Assembly (NCBI RefSeq): GCF_000485595.1
Contig: NW_014577068.1
Coordinates: forward strand, 246,626-310,625
Reading direction: 5' to 3'
Source of the DNA: Priapulus caudatus
Lineage: Eukaryota
DNA: 64,000 nt
Shown: in pieces, positions 27,919 through 39,813 of the stretch
Position numbering within the stretch: the stretch's first letter is position 1
How the letters are laid out: every line of letters starts with the position of its first letter
The notes under the pieces: generated by a model
Told to the model about the DNA's origin: nothing
The model's input: the letters and a program-made list of their open reading frames with translations, nothing else
The model's database searches: none
Translations under genes and position numbers: made by a program

Positions 27919-30900
27919 TTATTATTATATTATAATTATTATTATTTCCAAAGTGGATCACGGCATTAGCCGGTGGCTTCTGGGTGGACCGTGTCCACCT
28001 ACAACCTGGGACATAGGGATTTAATCCAGAATTTTTCGCAGGATGTGTGCTGTTACCAGTAGTGCGATTTTCTGCACTTCTTGGGCAGTATGGTGGCCAG
28101 GGAGTTCCTTAAGGTTCTTCTTAAAACCATTGTAAGTTTGTCTCTTTCCTTCACCATGATGTTAGTATCATCTGGTACGGCTACGTCAATCAGCAGGCAT
28201 CGTTTTTCTTTCTTGTTGTGGAGCACTATATCGTGCGATCTGTCTGCACTGTCATATCCAACATAATAGTAGTATCTCCGATGTTGGTAACTGGTCTCGG
28301 AGTATGTTTATACCACTTGTCAGGTACTTTCTCACCAAGTTCACTGCAGACTGACCAGTGCAGATTGCTGCCTACCTTGTTATGGCGGTTTATGTACTCG
28401 GTTGGGGCCAGCACTGTGCATCCGGCGATACTATGGCTGATGGTCTCCTCTGCCTTGCTGCACATTCTGCACTTGCTGTTGACCTGTTGCTTGAGGATGT
28501 TGCGTTGATGGTATCTGGAGTTGAGTGCTTGGTATTGGGCTGCAATGATCAGGCTTTCTGTCTCCCCCTTGAGCCCGGAACTACTCGGCCAGGCAACGCT
28601 TGCAATCTTGTCGACAAATGGCCTGTCGAGGCTCTTGTAGAATCTTCCATGTAAAGACTTGTTCTTCAATACCTCGATCTTCTCTGCTTCCATATTGGTC
28701 TTCAGTCTCTGCTTTGTTGAGGATTGGCTGGTGAGCTTAGGAGATAAGTATTTGGCTTTGATTTCTTTAGCCTCACGTAAGAGAGCGTGCTTTGATTTTC
28801 CAGACTGATGGATTTGGATAAGCTTTGTAAATTTGTCTTCCTTAAGCTCGATGTAGTCACCTAGACCTACAATGGCAGTGTTGTACGCAAACATCAGTTC
28901 AATGAGACAATGAGACCACGACCACCATTTTGCGTCTTGATGTACAGTCGCTCTACGTCTGCTTTTGGGTGATGGAGCCCGTGCATGGTTAGTAGCTTTC
29001 TTGTCTTGCGATCCATCGTTTCGATATCTGATCGCAACCAGTTGATCACCCCGAAGCTGTACACGGGGACCGGGAGTGCCAGGCTATTGATCGCTGTTAT
29101 CTTGTTTTTTAAGCAGAGCTCAGATTTGAGAACTAGGCGGACACGGCGATAGTACTCCTTAGCAATGTTCTCCTTCATCTTTAAATGCTGAATACCATCA
29201 CTTTTGTCTACACCAAGATATTTGTAGGTGTCATCGTGGTTCAGACTTTGTAGGGCCGTCTTCTCATTAAGCTCGATATTTCGATTTTTAATAGTTTACC
29301 ACATTTTAAGATTGCGGTTGCACACTTTTTCAAGCCGAACTCCATTTTGCTGTCATCACTGAATGCTTTGACTGTTACCAAGGCCTGCTCCAGCTCATAT
29401 TCGTTCTTGGTGAACAGTTTAAGGTCATCCATGTAGAGCAGGTGACTGATGGTGTTGTGTTTATCGACTGTAAATTCTAGACCCTGTCTATTCAGCATGT
29501 TGATAAGCAGTGTTAGTGCTAAGCAGAATATCAGGGGAGAGAGCGAGTCGCCCTCGAAGATTCCTCTTTTTATTGAGATATCTTCTGCCCTAAGGCAGCC
29601 TCCTTGAGATTAGAGGAGTATTTCAGTCTTCCATTTCTTCATTGTAGCTTCCATGAACTGAATGATGGTTAGTGACACAAGGTAGATTCTCATGGCTGCG
29701 AGAATCCAGGAATGTGGGACATTGTCAAAAGCTTATAATCAATCCATGGACCATGTCATTCCTAGGTTTCTCTTGAGCTTTTTTACCATGCTCACAATCA
29801 TATTACTGATGTGAATTTGGTCGTTGCACCATCTAGACGCTCTTCTACAGCTTTTCTGCTCACCTGTGAGGATGCCGCTTTTCTGTAAGTGATTGTAGAG
29901 GCGGTTGGTGATTGCAGCAGTGAGAATCTTGTAGGTGGTAGGCAGGCAAGTGATTGGTCGATAGTTCTTTGTTTCTTTTGTATCCTTGCCTTTTGATATA
30001 AGGAAAGTATTTCATGATGTCAACCACTTAGGGCTATTGCTTGGATCCTTGATGGTGTCATTTAAGGCCCTGGTTAGTTGTTTATAGAGGGCACTTAAAT
30101 GCTTAATTCAGATTGTGCAGCTTGTCTGGGCCAGGGGATTTCCAGTTGTGGGTCCGCTTGATTGCCTGCTGTACCTCACATATTGCAATGTCTATCCATA
30201 CATTCATTGCTACATTCTGGCATGCTTCATCCTCTTGTTTGATCCAAGTGGCTTCGGTATTGTTGTTTGAGCCAACTTTCAGTATTCCACGCCAGAATTG
30301 ATTGCGTCGCTTTTGAGAGGGAGGTTCCTTGGTGGCGCTTTGCTGCTTGTTGAGATGCCGGTAGAATTTTCTGGCATCTTCATGGAAGAGGTTATTCTGG
30401 TAGTAGTGTGGTGTCCGCTTAGTACTGGTGTCCGCTTAGTAAACCTTCTCAACCTCTGCGCTTTGGCCTGTAGTTTTATATTTATTTCGTGTTCGAGCTC
30501 GCATATGGTCGTATTCTCTTTTCGGCTCTTCTATAATATGCTCCTGGCCTTGGCATGTACTTGCTTTGTTGTGACATCTTTTTTTATTTCGCTAAGAATG
30601 GAGAGGTCCTTGCGATGGTTTTCAATATTTTTCCTGATTCTCTTCTTCCATGTTGGTTCCTCTGTGGGCTTTGTGACTCTTTCTTTTGTTTCTCCAACAA
30701 TAACAGCAGCAGTCAGGTACATTCAATGATTTCTCATAAGTTTAGATGGTGACTGCCTGATTTTCAGCTTGAATATCGTTTCGTATTGCCTTGTTGAGAT
30801 GAACCTTTTTCAGGCTTCTGCGTTGATCTAGGTGGATTGCCTGAGTTTCAAGCAGCTTATTACAGATTCGATTTTCCATATTTACTACTGATTCACCTTC
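27919..30900 (-). mobile_element. Decayed, 5'-truncated non-LTR retrotransposon with RT and a C-terminal restriction-like endonuclease (R4/Dong clade)
   Basis: Frameshifted fragments: EPTWKKRI, KSPGPD, NYRPITCLPTTYKILT, KAFDNVPHSW, RGIFEGDSLSPL, HLLYMDDLKLF, zinc knuckle CRMC..EETISHSIAGC, RHNKV..LHW and LLIDVAVP. Stop at 28021-28023, then a short 3' UTR and an imperfect (TAA)n tail at 27919-27945. Confidence 0.88.
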
Positions 30901-31549
30901 ATGGGTATCCGTGAATACTTGAAAGTTAATGTACTATTACAGAAGATCGCGTTCGTCGTGATGTTACTATCGCATGTAGCAGCAACGTCTTTGGTTTTGG
31001 AGCAATTTCAATTTCAAACATGCGTAAATTTCGCATAACTGCATAAGATCTAGAAAATGTAATAAATTGTTAACATGATTGCAATCATTTAGGAAAACTT
31101 CGACTCGATGTCATGTATAATGAAAACGTCTATAACGAATAATAATAATACCCGATACTTCGATCGGGGGATTACATAGCAGCACTGTGATTATTCTGGC
31201 GCCTGCGGGGCAAGCTTGCATCATCTGCATAAAGAACAACATCCACAGCACGTCAATTAATGCTGTGCCATCATTAAATCAGGCACGAGTACGATTGACG
31301 TGAACTCGTTGTTCAAATGTCTTTCGCACTGTCAGATTTAAGAGCAACCTGAAAGCAGTTCGACAAGCTCAAAGGAACATGGGCGCGTGGTCTTGACGGG
31401 TGGTTGGTTTAATGGGAGGCCGGTTGGTGGGTTGGTATGACATACAGGCATACATACTGACGAACAAAATCAGCTCGCCCCAGAAAAACAGAGAGACATA
31501 TAGACAGATGAACGGACTGGCGGGCGGATGAGCGGGCGCGGGAGGGCAT

Positions 31550-32670
31550 GGTTGGGTGTATGGAAGGATGGATGGATGAATGGATGGATGGATGGATGGA
31601 TGGATGGATGGATGGATGGATGGGTGGATGGATGGATGGATGGATGAATGGATGGATGGATGGATGGATGGATGGATGAATGGATGGATGGATGATGGAT
31701 AGGATGCATGGATGGATGACTGGCATGGATGGATGATGGATGACTTGGATGGATGGATGGATGGATGGATGGATGATGGATGGAGGTATGATGAGATGGC
31801 ATTGATGGATGGATGGAGATGGATGCGATGGATGGATGATGGATGGATGGATGATGGTATGATGGATGGATGGATGGATGTGATGGATGGATTGATGGAA
31901 TGAGATGGTGGTTGTGGTGGATGTGTGGTGGAGTGGATGGATGGATGGATGGATGGATTGGATGATGGAATGATGGATGGATGTGGATGACTGATGGATG
32001 GACTGGATGGATGGATGATGATGGCTGGATTGGATGGAATGGATGGACGATGGATGATGGATGGATGATGATGATGTGATGGAATGATGACCTGGATGGA
32101 TTGATTGATGATGGGTGGGTGGGTTGGTGTGGATGGGTGGGTGATGAGATGGATGGATGGATGATGATGTATGATGGATGAGATTGGATGGATGGATTGA
32201 TGGATGGATAATGGAATGATGATGGATGGATGGATGACTGGATTGAATGGAATGATGGATGGATGATGATGGATGGATGGATGGATATGATGGATGGATG
32301 GATGTGATGGATGGATGATGGATGATGGATGACTGATGAGATGGATTGATTGGATGGATGTTGGTTGGTTGGTTGTGGGTGGTGTGTGGACTATGATGAT
32401 GATGGATGGATGCTGGAGTGATGGATGATGGATGGATGATGAATGATGATGAGATAGATCTAGGATGTGGATGGATGGAGTGGATGATTTGGATTGGATG
32501 GAATGGATGGAGTATGGATGGATGGATGGATGGAGTGCGATGGATGGATGGATCGGATGGATGGATGGATCAGGATGATGATGGTCGATTGATGGATGAC
32601 TGGATGGATGTGATGACGGAGGAGAGGATGGATGGATGGATGGATTGGATGTGGATGATGAGATGGATAG
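31550..32670. repeat. Long degenerate (GGAT)n microsatellite
   Basis: Nearly pure at 31565-31690 and increasingly indel-rich afterwards. Confidence 0.9.
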
Positions 32671-33024
32671 TATAGATATCAGCATTTTAACTAGATAGAT
32701 AGATAGACACACAGATGACGCAACATATCCAATACACGCATTGCGGTCAATTTATTGGAGACATATTGTTGTAATGACAGTTTCCTGTTACCCCCGATAT
32801 TATAACGGGTGTTCGAACTGAATGCGGATAACGCTGTATATTACAAATACGAATATATTATAGTAGAGCAAACGGGCGCACATCGATTATTCCGGAAATG
32901 TGTTCGAGTCAATGTTGACAGTCTAATTAGGAGGAAATGCAGCGGATGCGAGAACCATCGCTCAGCGCGAGATTTGTGTCGCAGCTGTTCGGTGTGACAT
33001 GCCAAGGTTCACGATAGAAGTAGC

Positions 33025-33313
33025 GCTGATAGCGTCTATGTCCCCCAGGGTACTGCCGGAACATACCCTGGTAACTATCTAGCTGATATGGTTGGGGTTA
33101 GTTCGTTAGGGGTTAGAGTAGTGGTAGAGTTAGGGTTAAGGCTTTGGTTAGGTAGGTATAGGCGTAGGCACTCCTGACTCGTTAGCTCGGAGTAGGCGAG
33201 GTACGGTCGGCTGCATATTAGTATAGGTAGTATTTGGTACCAGGGTAACGTTGCTGGTAACCGACCGTACCGAGGGTACGGTTCCGGCGTACCCTGGGAC
33301 ATAGCCTATCAGC
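33025..33313. mobile_element. Same MITE family, opposite orientation
   Basis: Same TIRs with internal TTAGGG-like units. Flanks AGAAGTAGC / AGAATAGTC resemble a degraded TSD. Confidence 0.75.
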
Positions 33314-33514
33314 AGAATAGTCACGTACGCGCGTGGCACATCACGAACGTACGCACGAAGGCTGCCTCTTTTCCTTCCTTTCTTTGTAACCGTTACCCTT
33401 ATCTTGACCCTAATCATAACCCTAACATCCATCTTTCTCTCTCTCTCGCGCTCTCTCTCGCTATCTATGTATTTATCTATCTATCTATCTATCTATTCTA
33501 TCTATCTATCTATC

Positions 33515-33545
<31 letters not shown>

Positions 33546-33683
33546 GACATATATATATATAGTCTATTTAATCTATCTTATCTATCTAGTCTAATCACTC
33601 TGATCTGTATATTTATTATCTATTTATATATAATATATCCATCTACTATCCATCTATACTATCTATCTATCTATATCTATCTA

Positions 33684-33750
<67 letters not shown>

Positions 33751-33939
33751 CATGCTATCTATCTATCTATCTAATCTATCTATCTATCTATCTATCTATC
33801 ATATCTATCGTATCTATCTATCTATCTATCTACTATCTATCTATCTACTCTATCTATTCATCTATCTATCTATACTATTATCTATCTATCATCTATCTAC
33901 TATCTATCTATCTACTATCTACTATATCTATTATCTACC

Positions 33940-35678
33940 ACACATACACACATGCACACACGCACGCACGCGACACACACCACACGCGCGCGCGCACACA
34001 CACACACACACCACGACGCGCGCGCGCGCGCGCGTATGTGTATATATATATATAACCTTTCTTCTCCTCTCTTGCAATGCATCCTCTTTCGTAGTAGGTC
34101 CACAATACGCTACCATACTACTGTTACAAACATATGCCTACACGAATCGAATCCGAGTTAATTAAATATATTTATCGCCTCCATTTGGCAGCTGCCGTAT
34201 GAACTTGTTGCTCGAATGCTCCCTCAAGCCACTATTAATAATCCTCTGACAAATAACCAAATTGCTATATAAATTCGAATATATTAATATCTGGAGATAA
34301 CTAATTGCTAAGAATGTTGGCGCATATGTTTCACACGGCCGTGAGATGCGTACGAAGAGATTTATTGCGACTACGACCCAACACTGAGAGAGTATATACA
34401 CAAAGCAGAAGTCGACGACGCACGTGATTATCTCGAAGAACTCGACACCGCTGGGCAGGTACAAGAAACGCACTGTACCATAGAGTGTAATCATTGCGTT
34501 AATATAATTGCATTTTAGCGAGAAAAATTGTCAGACATATAAATTAAAGGGCGATAAAAATATGAAACATTTGTTGTATCACCCATAAATAGAGCGTCTG
34601 AAACTACTCATAAACAGCAGTAAGAACACTAACGTCGGCGGGAAAGTCGAATAATCGATCGTTTTCTATTTCCGTGTTAAGATGCTATGTCTCGATTCGC
34701 TTTAAGAATTTTTGGTCGAGTTATTCAAATTGGCGTAGATGATTAAATGTCGAATAATGATTACCTGTACGAAATAGTGCATGTCCATATCTACATAGCC
34801 TGTTAACATATTTAGCAGTGCGAAAATTGAAATGCGTCAGAAGTATTACCCCATCAGGCTGATGTAATCTGAGAGACATGCTAAACTGAATAACACTAAT
34901 TGTACAGACTCACATAAGTCTTGTCATAGAGTCGTGATTGGTTTAGGTTACAGCCGATAGAGAGGCTACTTCGCGAGATGCTCCAAGTCATCCCATTCAT
35001 TACCGATATAGTCACTGTGACGGTATTTCGTTTCAGGACATGGAGGACATATCTGCTCGCATAGAGGACCATATACATGGCCGACGGCAGTCATTCTATG
35101 TACTCCATCACGACAAGTGCAGCTTCGACGAATGGCATCGCCTAAAGTTCCCATCAACCACATCCGCAAGCGAGGTCGCAAACTGAGCCACGGACACGCG
35201 AACGAGTGCCCTGTAAACCTCGTCGGCAACAAGTCAGACATGATCGCGCGACCGCATGGTGTCCTTGAGCAGTACAGCGCCGCTCGCTCGAGCCTCGCCT
35301 GCGTCAACTTCACGAGATCTCGCGCGTGAGAGCTACGGCAAGTGCTGCTCATTTCGAGGACTGTACAGGAACTGGCGCGCGTGAAGGAAGGAGCACAAGT
35401 GACGCGAGCCAACACTGACGAGGGCGTCACCAAGCTGCCGCGCTCAGCCCGACGGCGAGTCCCTCTCGCAAATCACTCGAGGAGAAAACGAAGAGACCTG
35501 GAGCTGTTCGATGGATTTTCGGCGGACGCAGGCAACGGTCGAAGACGACGACCTCTCTAGAGGTTCCTACAGACGTGCTGAGGCGAGAGACGCATGAGCG
35601 TGAGCATGCAGGGCAGCGTGTCGCAGCTATTCGTGCACGGATGATGCGTACTGTACGAACGCACCCAACCCCAACTGA
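33940..35678 (+). other. Indel-rich second copy of 13545-15332 (RERG-like exons 2-3 plus intron); probably the true locus represented by uncorrected long-read sequence
   Basis: Colinear with 13545-15332 throughout (exon 2 ~34335-34458, exon 3 ~35037-35644). Scattered 1-nt indels affect exon and intron alike. Confidence 0.8.
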
Positions 35679-35715
35679 TCTCTCTCTCTCCATATATGTA
35701 TGTGCGTATGTATGA

Positions 35716-35761
<46 letters not shown>

Positions 35762-36314
35762 GGTGTATCCAGATTTTTCTGGTGGGTCTCTGATCATAAT
35801 TTTGGACCTTTCAACAATGAAATAACAGCAAGATGTGATTAAAATGTCAATACAATTTAATTGAAACCAAAAAAAATTTCCAAAACAAAATTGTCAGTTT
35901 TTAAAACAAAAATTTGAAGTTTTTTGATCAGTTTTTTTAAACAAGTTTTTCTGACTCAGTTGAAAACAGTCTTTTGAACTGTTTATCTTGTCTTTGTTTT
36001 GATCTTGTCTTGTTTTGCTTTGTCTTGTCAGAGTCTGTTGTCTCTCTTTTTTGAACTCAGTTTTTAACAAAAAATTGTGTTTAAAAAAAGGCCTCAGTTT
36101 CAGAATTGCTGGAATGGGATAGATTTGCGTCACGCAATTGGCAAGTCTTATCTCATTGCTGGTACCGGATCAATTATGCTTTTCTATTATGTCATCGTGA
36201 AAAGGCCTCGAAAAAAAATGTCTTTGAAAAAAATGTGACGCTTTGAAATTTTGGGGTCGTACGACCCTCACGACCCCCTCTTGCATACACCCATGATATA
36301 TATATTATTAAGAG

Positions 36315-36362
<48 letters not shown>

Positions 36363-36714
36363 CAGGGGTTAATAATGGCAAATTCTCATTTGTCATTTGT
36401 CAATGTCATCAATGTCGTCAATGTCAATTTGTCATTTTTAACCCCTGATATATATATATAGTTACTATATAAAAGTTATGTCAGGGGGTCAATGTTAGCA
36501 CATTTGTTGTTGTCCACTTTTTGTTACATATAGATTTTTGTTACATATACCTTTTGTTTATATAGATGACTGATTAGGGCTCCCGTTGTGTCCAGACTAT
36601 GGCTTAGCCCATTTTTTGACAGGCAACGTGTCTTGGCTGCTTGACATTTGGCGACAGGGTGCTGAGTACGTGATGCCGAATGCTAGGTAATTGTCGTATG
36701 AACCGACTACTAAC

Positions 36715-37174
36715 GCTGAGAGGGTCAATGTCCCCCAGAGTACTGCCGGAACGTACCCTGGTACTATCTAATATGCCGGACCGTACCTCGCCTACTCCAC
36801 TAACGAGTCTAGGGAATCACCTACGCCTACTCCCTAACCCTAACCCTAACCCTAATCCTAACCCTAATCCTAACCCTAACCCTAACCATATCAAATAGTT
36901 ACCAGGGTACGCTCGGTATCCAATGAGAGCCTCCGTGGCCCAGTGGTTAGGCCTCGTACACTGTCCACTGAAGGCTGTGAGTTCAAACCCCGGACGGGCA
37001 CAGTGAATTTTCTCAAGGTGTAAAAACCTGGCTCTCAACAATGGAGACTGTGAATCTCCTACAAGATTTCTTTGCGGCTGTCTCAGCTAAGCTGTGCTTC
37101 GATCAACAAGACTTCTTGCCAAAGGACGTTATCCTGCGCCACGTAGCGGTCGTCATCGTAGGCGTAGCTCGCAG

Positions 37175-37216
<42 letters not shown>

Positions 37217-37321
37217 GTCTGTGTAATGCCCGTTTCGGTCTCCTAGGCAATTATTCCGGTATACCGGACCGTACCCAGGGTACGTTCCGGCAGTACCCTG
37301 GGGGACATAGACCATATGAGC
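36715..37321. mobile_element. Same MITE family, with a (CCCTAA)n array and a nested SINE
   Basis: Both TIRs are present; about 9 CCCTAA/TCCTAA units at 36831-36886. No TSD recovered. Confidence 0.78.
36925..37250 (+). mobile_element. tRNA-derived SINE nested in a MITE
   Basis: Pol III A box TGGCCCAGTGG (36936-36946) and B box GAGTTCAAACC (36979-36989) at tRNA spacing, followed by ~180 nt of non-tRNA body and (TA)n. MITE sequence resumes after it. Confidence 0.7.
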
Positions 37322-38435
37322 CGAACTGGGTGGCACTGAACAACCCTCTGAGCTGAACTATGGCGTACGTGACGTGCGTCTAGTACCTCTAGGTCGTTCG
37401 AAACGTGACGAAAATCTACTTAGACGCAATTATCGCGCATTTGCTGCGGCGCTCTCCCGCACGTGCGTCACTCGTGCTGCAAATAATGAGTGATTAGAGT
37501 AGTGACGCACAGCTCGCAAATTCGTCGTGTGCGTCACAAGGCCGAGTGCTAGCGTCTCCTGGCGCCAACCGCGCGTACGTAGGTAACGCACGCTCGCGCA
37601 CCGCCACTGCCTGGCGTGTTGACGTTATAGCCTTGTTAATCTAGGACGCCGTGTCGAAAGCGCAGAGGTGATTTCAATGAGCTTATTCGTGATGATACTG
37701 ATTGGGAAGGCGTTTCGTTTAGGCGCGGTTCTTTACGAACACCTGCGCCGTAAGCTTAGGAAACCAGCTGCTGCTACACGTGTCGTGCGACCGTATATAC
37801 AACTAGATCTATACATAACTTTACAGTTTATACATACTTACGAATCGATGAACATTTGAAACGTTGATGAACAATAGCATTACTATAATCAGGAGTGAAT
37901 AATAATAGATTATCTGTTATAGATTATCTATTAATCTATTATTATTCACTCCTGCTATAATCACACCTACAGAGCGGATCACCGACAACCGGGCCCGTGA
38001 TACATGTAGCAATGTATTTTGTTCATCGCGTGCACACGTTCGTAGGTCGCTGCTATTAGCTAGGTAGTCGCTAATGATTAAAAAGCTTTTCACAGAGACG
38101 CAAATTATTTTCCACCACGTGCGTTCTATGCAATTTTATAATATTGCTATAATTAAGGTCATTGTATATTGACCTCTACAAGAAATTGCACGTACGTCGA
38201 TGATACAGCATTTGTTTCACAACGTTTAAATAAATGGACAAGACAGCATCTCAGAGCTTCTGACACCCTATAGCTTCTAGGTGCCACTGGTACCAGCGGA
38301 CCCCTCCCTTTTCCACATCCCACCGCATGGAGCTGGAATAGTGACGTGTGCATATGTTCTATTTATTTAAAATACGAGCGCAAAAACTTGCCTTGCATTG
38401 CGTAAAAGTAATCTAACATTTTGAAGACTACTAAA

Positions 38436-38640
38436 GCTGAGAGGGTCTATATATATATATATGTCCCCCGGGGTGCTGCCGGAAGATACCCTGGTTGGTA
38501 CTATCTAATATGCCGGACCGTACCTCGCCTACTCCACTAACGAGTCTAGGGAGTCGCCTACGCCTACTCCCTAACCCTAACCCTCACCCTAACCCTAACC
38601 CTAACCCCAATCCTAACCCTAAACATATCAAATAGTGACC
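38436..38640. mobile_element. Truncated copy of the same MITE family
   Basis: Left TIR with a (TA)n expansion inside it, shared body, and a CCCTAA array at 38569-38623. The right TIR is missing. Confidence 0.75.
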
Positions 38641-39639
38641 ACTAAATGTGTCGATTGCAAACATAAATCCGATCGGTGAAGTCGTTTTTCGCATTTTCTG
38701 CAGTGCGAAGACGCGAACAACTTTGCACCTTTTGCTTTCCCCGCCGTTTTTGCCATGCATCAATTAATCTACAGACACATGCACCACGATGTAGGAGATG
38801 GCGTTCGTAGTGCTTAAAAGGTTCGTTTCACACGTTTAATGGATATTGCATTGAATTTAACGCGAGACTGAAGGCTTAATTTTGAACACGCTTTTCCAAT
38901 GTGCTACCTATATTGATTGAATGAAAGGTGCAGACGCATTCCAATGGCCATCGACACATATAGGCGACGGTGTACTATGTGGCCGGGCGTTCATATGAAA
39001 GTGCAGTAATAAAAATACATTTATTTATTCATATAGCTCGTGGTTTGTTGCAAAAGACTGAAAATCGTGCTTTCCGATTCGCACGTTCAGAAATCGTAAT
39101 GCTGCCGAATATATAGGGTGTAGGCCACATGGCAGTAACACCCGATTTCCATGTCTCCATGGAGATGCATTGCCTCTTATGAGAGTGAAAATGTCGAGAA
39201 AACAATTATCACCTGGCTGAAGGCTTTGAAAGTATCGATTCTTCACTCAGTAATTCACATTTCGCTCTGCCTATATCATAGTACATAATTGCGTGTTCAA
39301 GTTTATGCGCTCGGCATGACGAAACCTCTGAAAATGACATACAACCTCCATTGGGATATGTGTGAGTAATCTGTCATGTACGAATTGTCCATTTTCATGA
39401 GCTGGAGGCTAATTTCTACATCACAGGAACTACATTATTTGCGACGAAACTGTATATCATGATCTATTATATTGTAAAGGTTCATCATCAAAACCCGCGC
39501 GAAAGTTTTCATTTCTCGTGCGCTTTCAATCACGCCAATTTGATCCCGTTTGTAGTAGATCGGTCGGTCGGGGTCACACTTGATTAGCTGTATTAATTCC
39601 AGCGCTATCCCCCACCCTCACCGCACTCACAGTCATGAA

Positions 39640-39720
<81 letters not shown>

Positions 39721-39742
39721 ACACACACACAACGCATACACA

Positions 39743-39813
<71 letters not shown>

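Noticed and set aside
31369..32712. 447-aa His/Pro/Ser/Ile-rich ORF
   Set aside because: It is a translation of degenerate (ATCC)n microsatellite.
34335..35644. Genuine RERG pseudogene
   Set aside because: The uniform single-base indel pattern matches the raw-read noise seen elsewhere in the window, so a true pseudogene is not supported without read data.
36925..37000. Functional tRNA gene
   Set aside because: The A and B boxes are present, but I could not form convincing acceptor and anticodon stems, and a SINE-like body follows.
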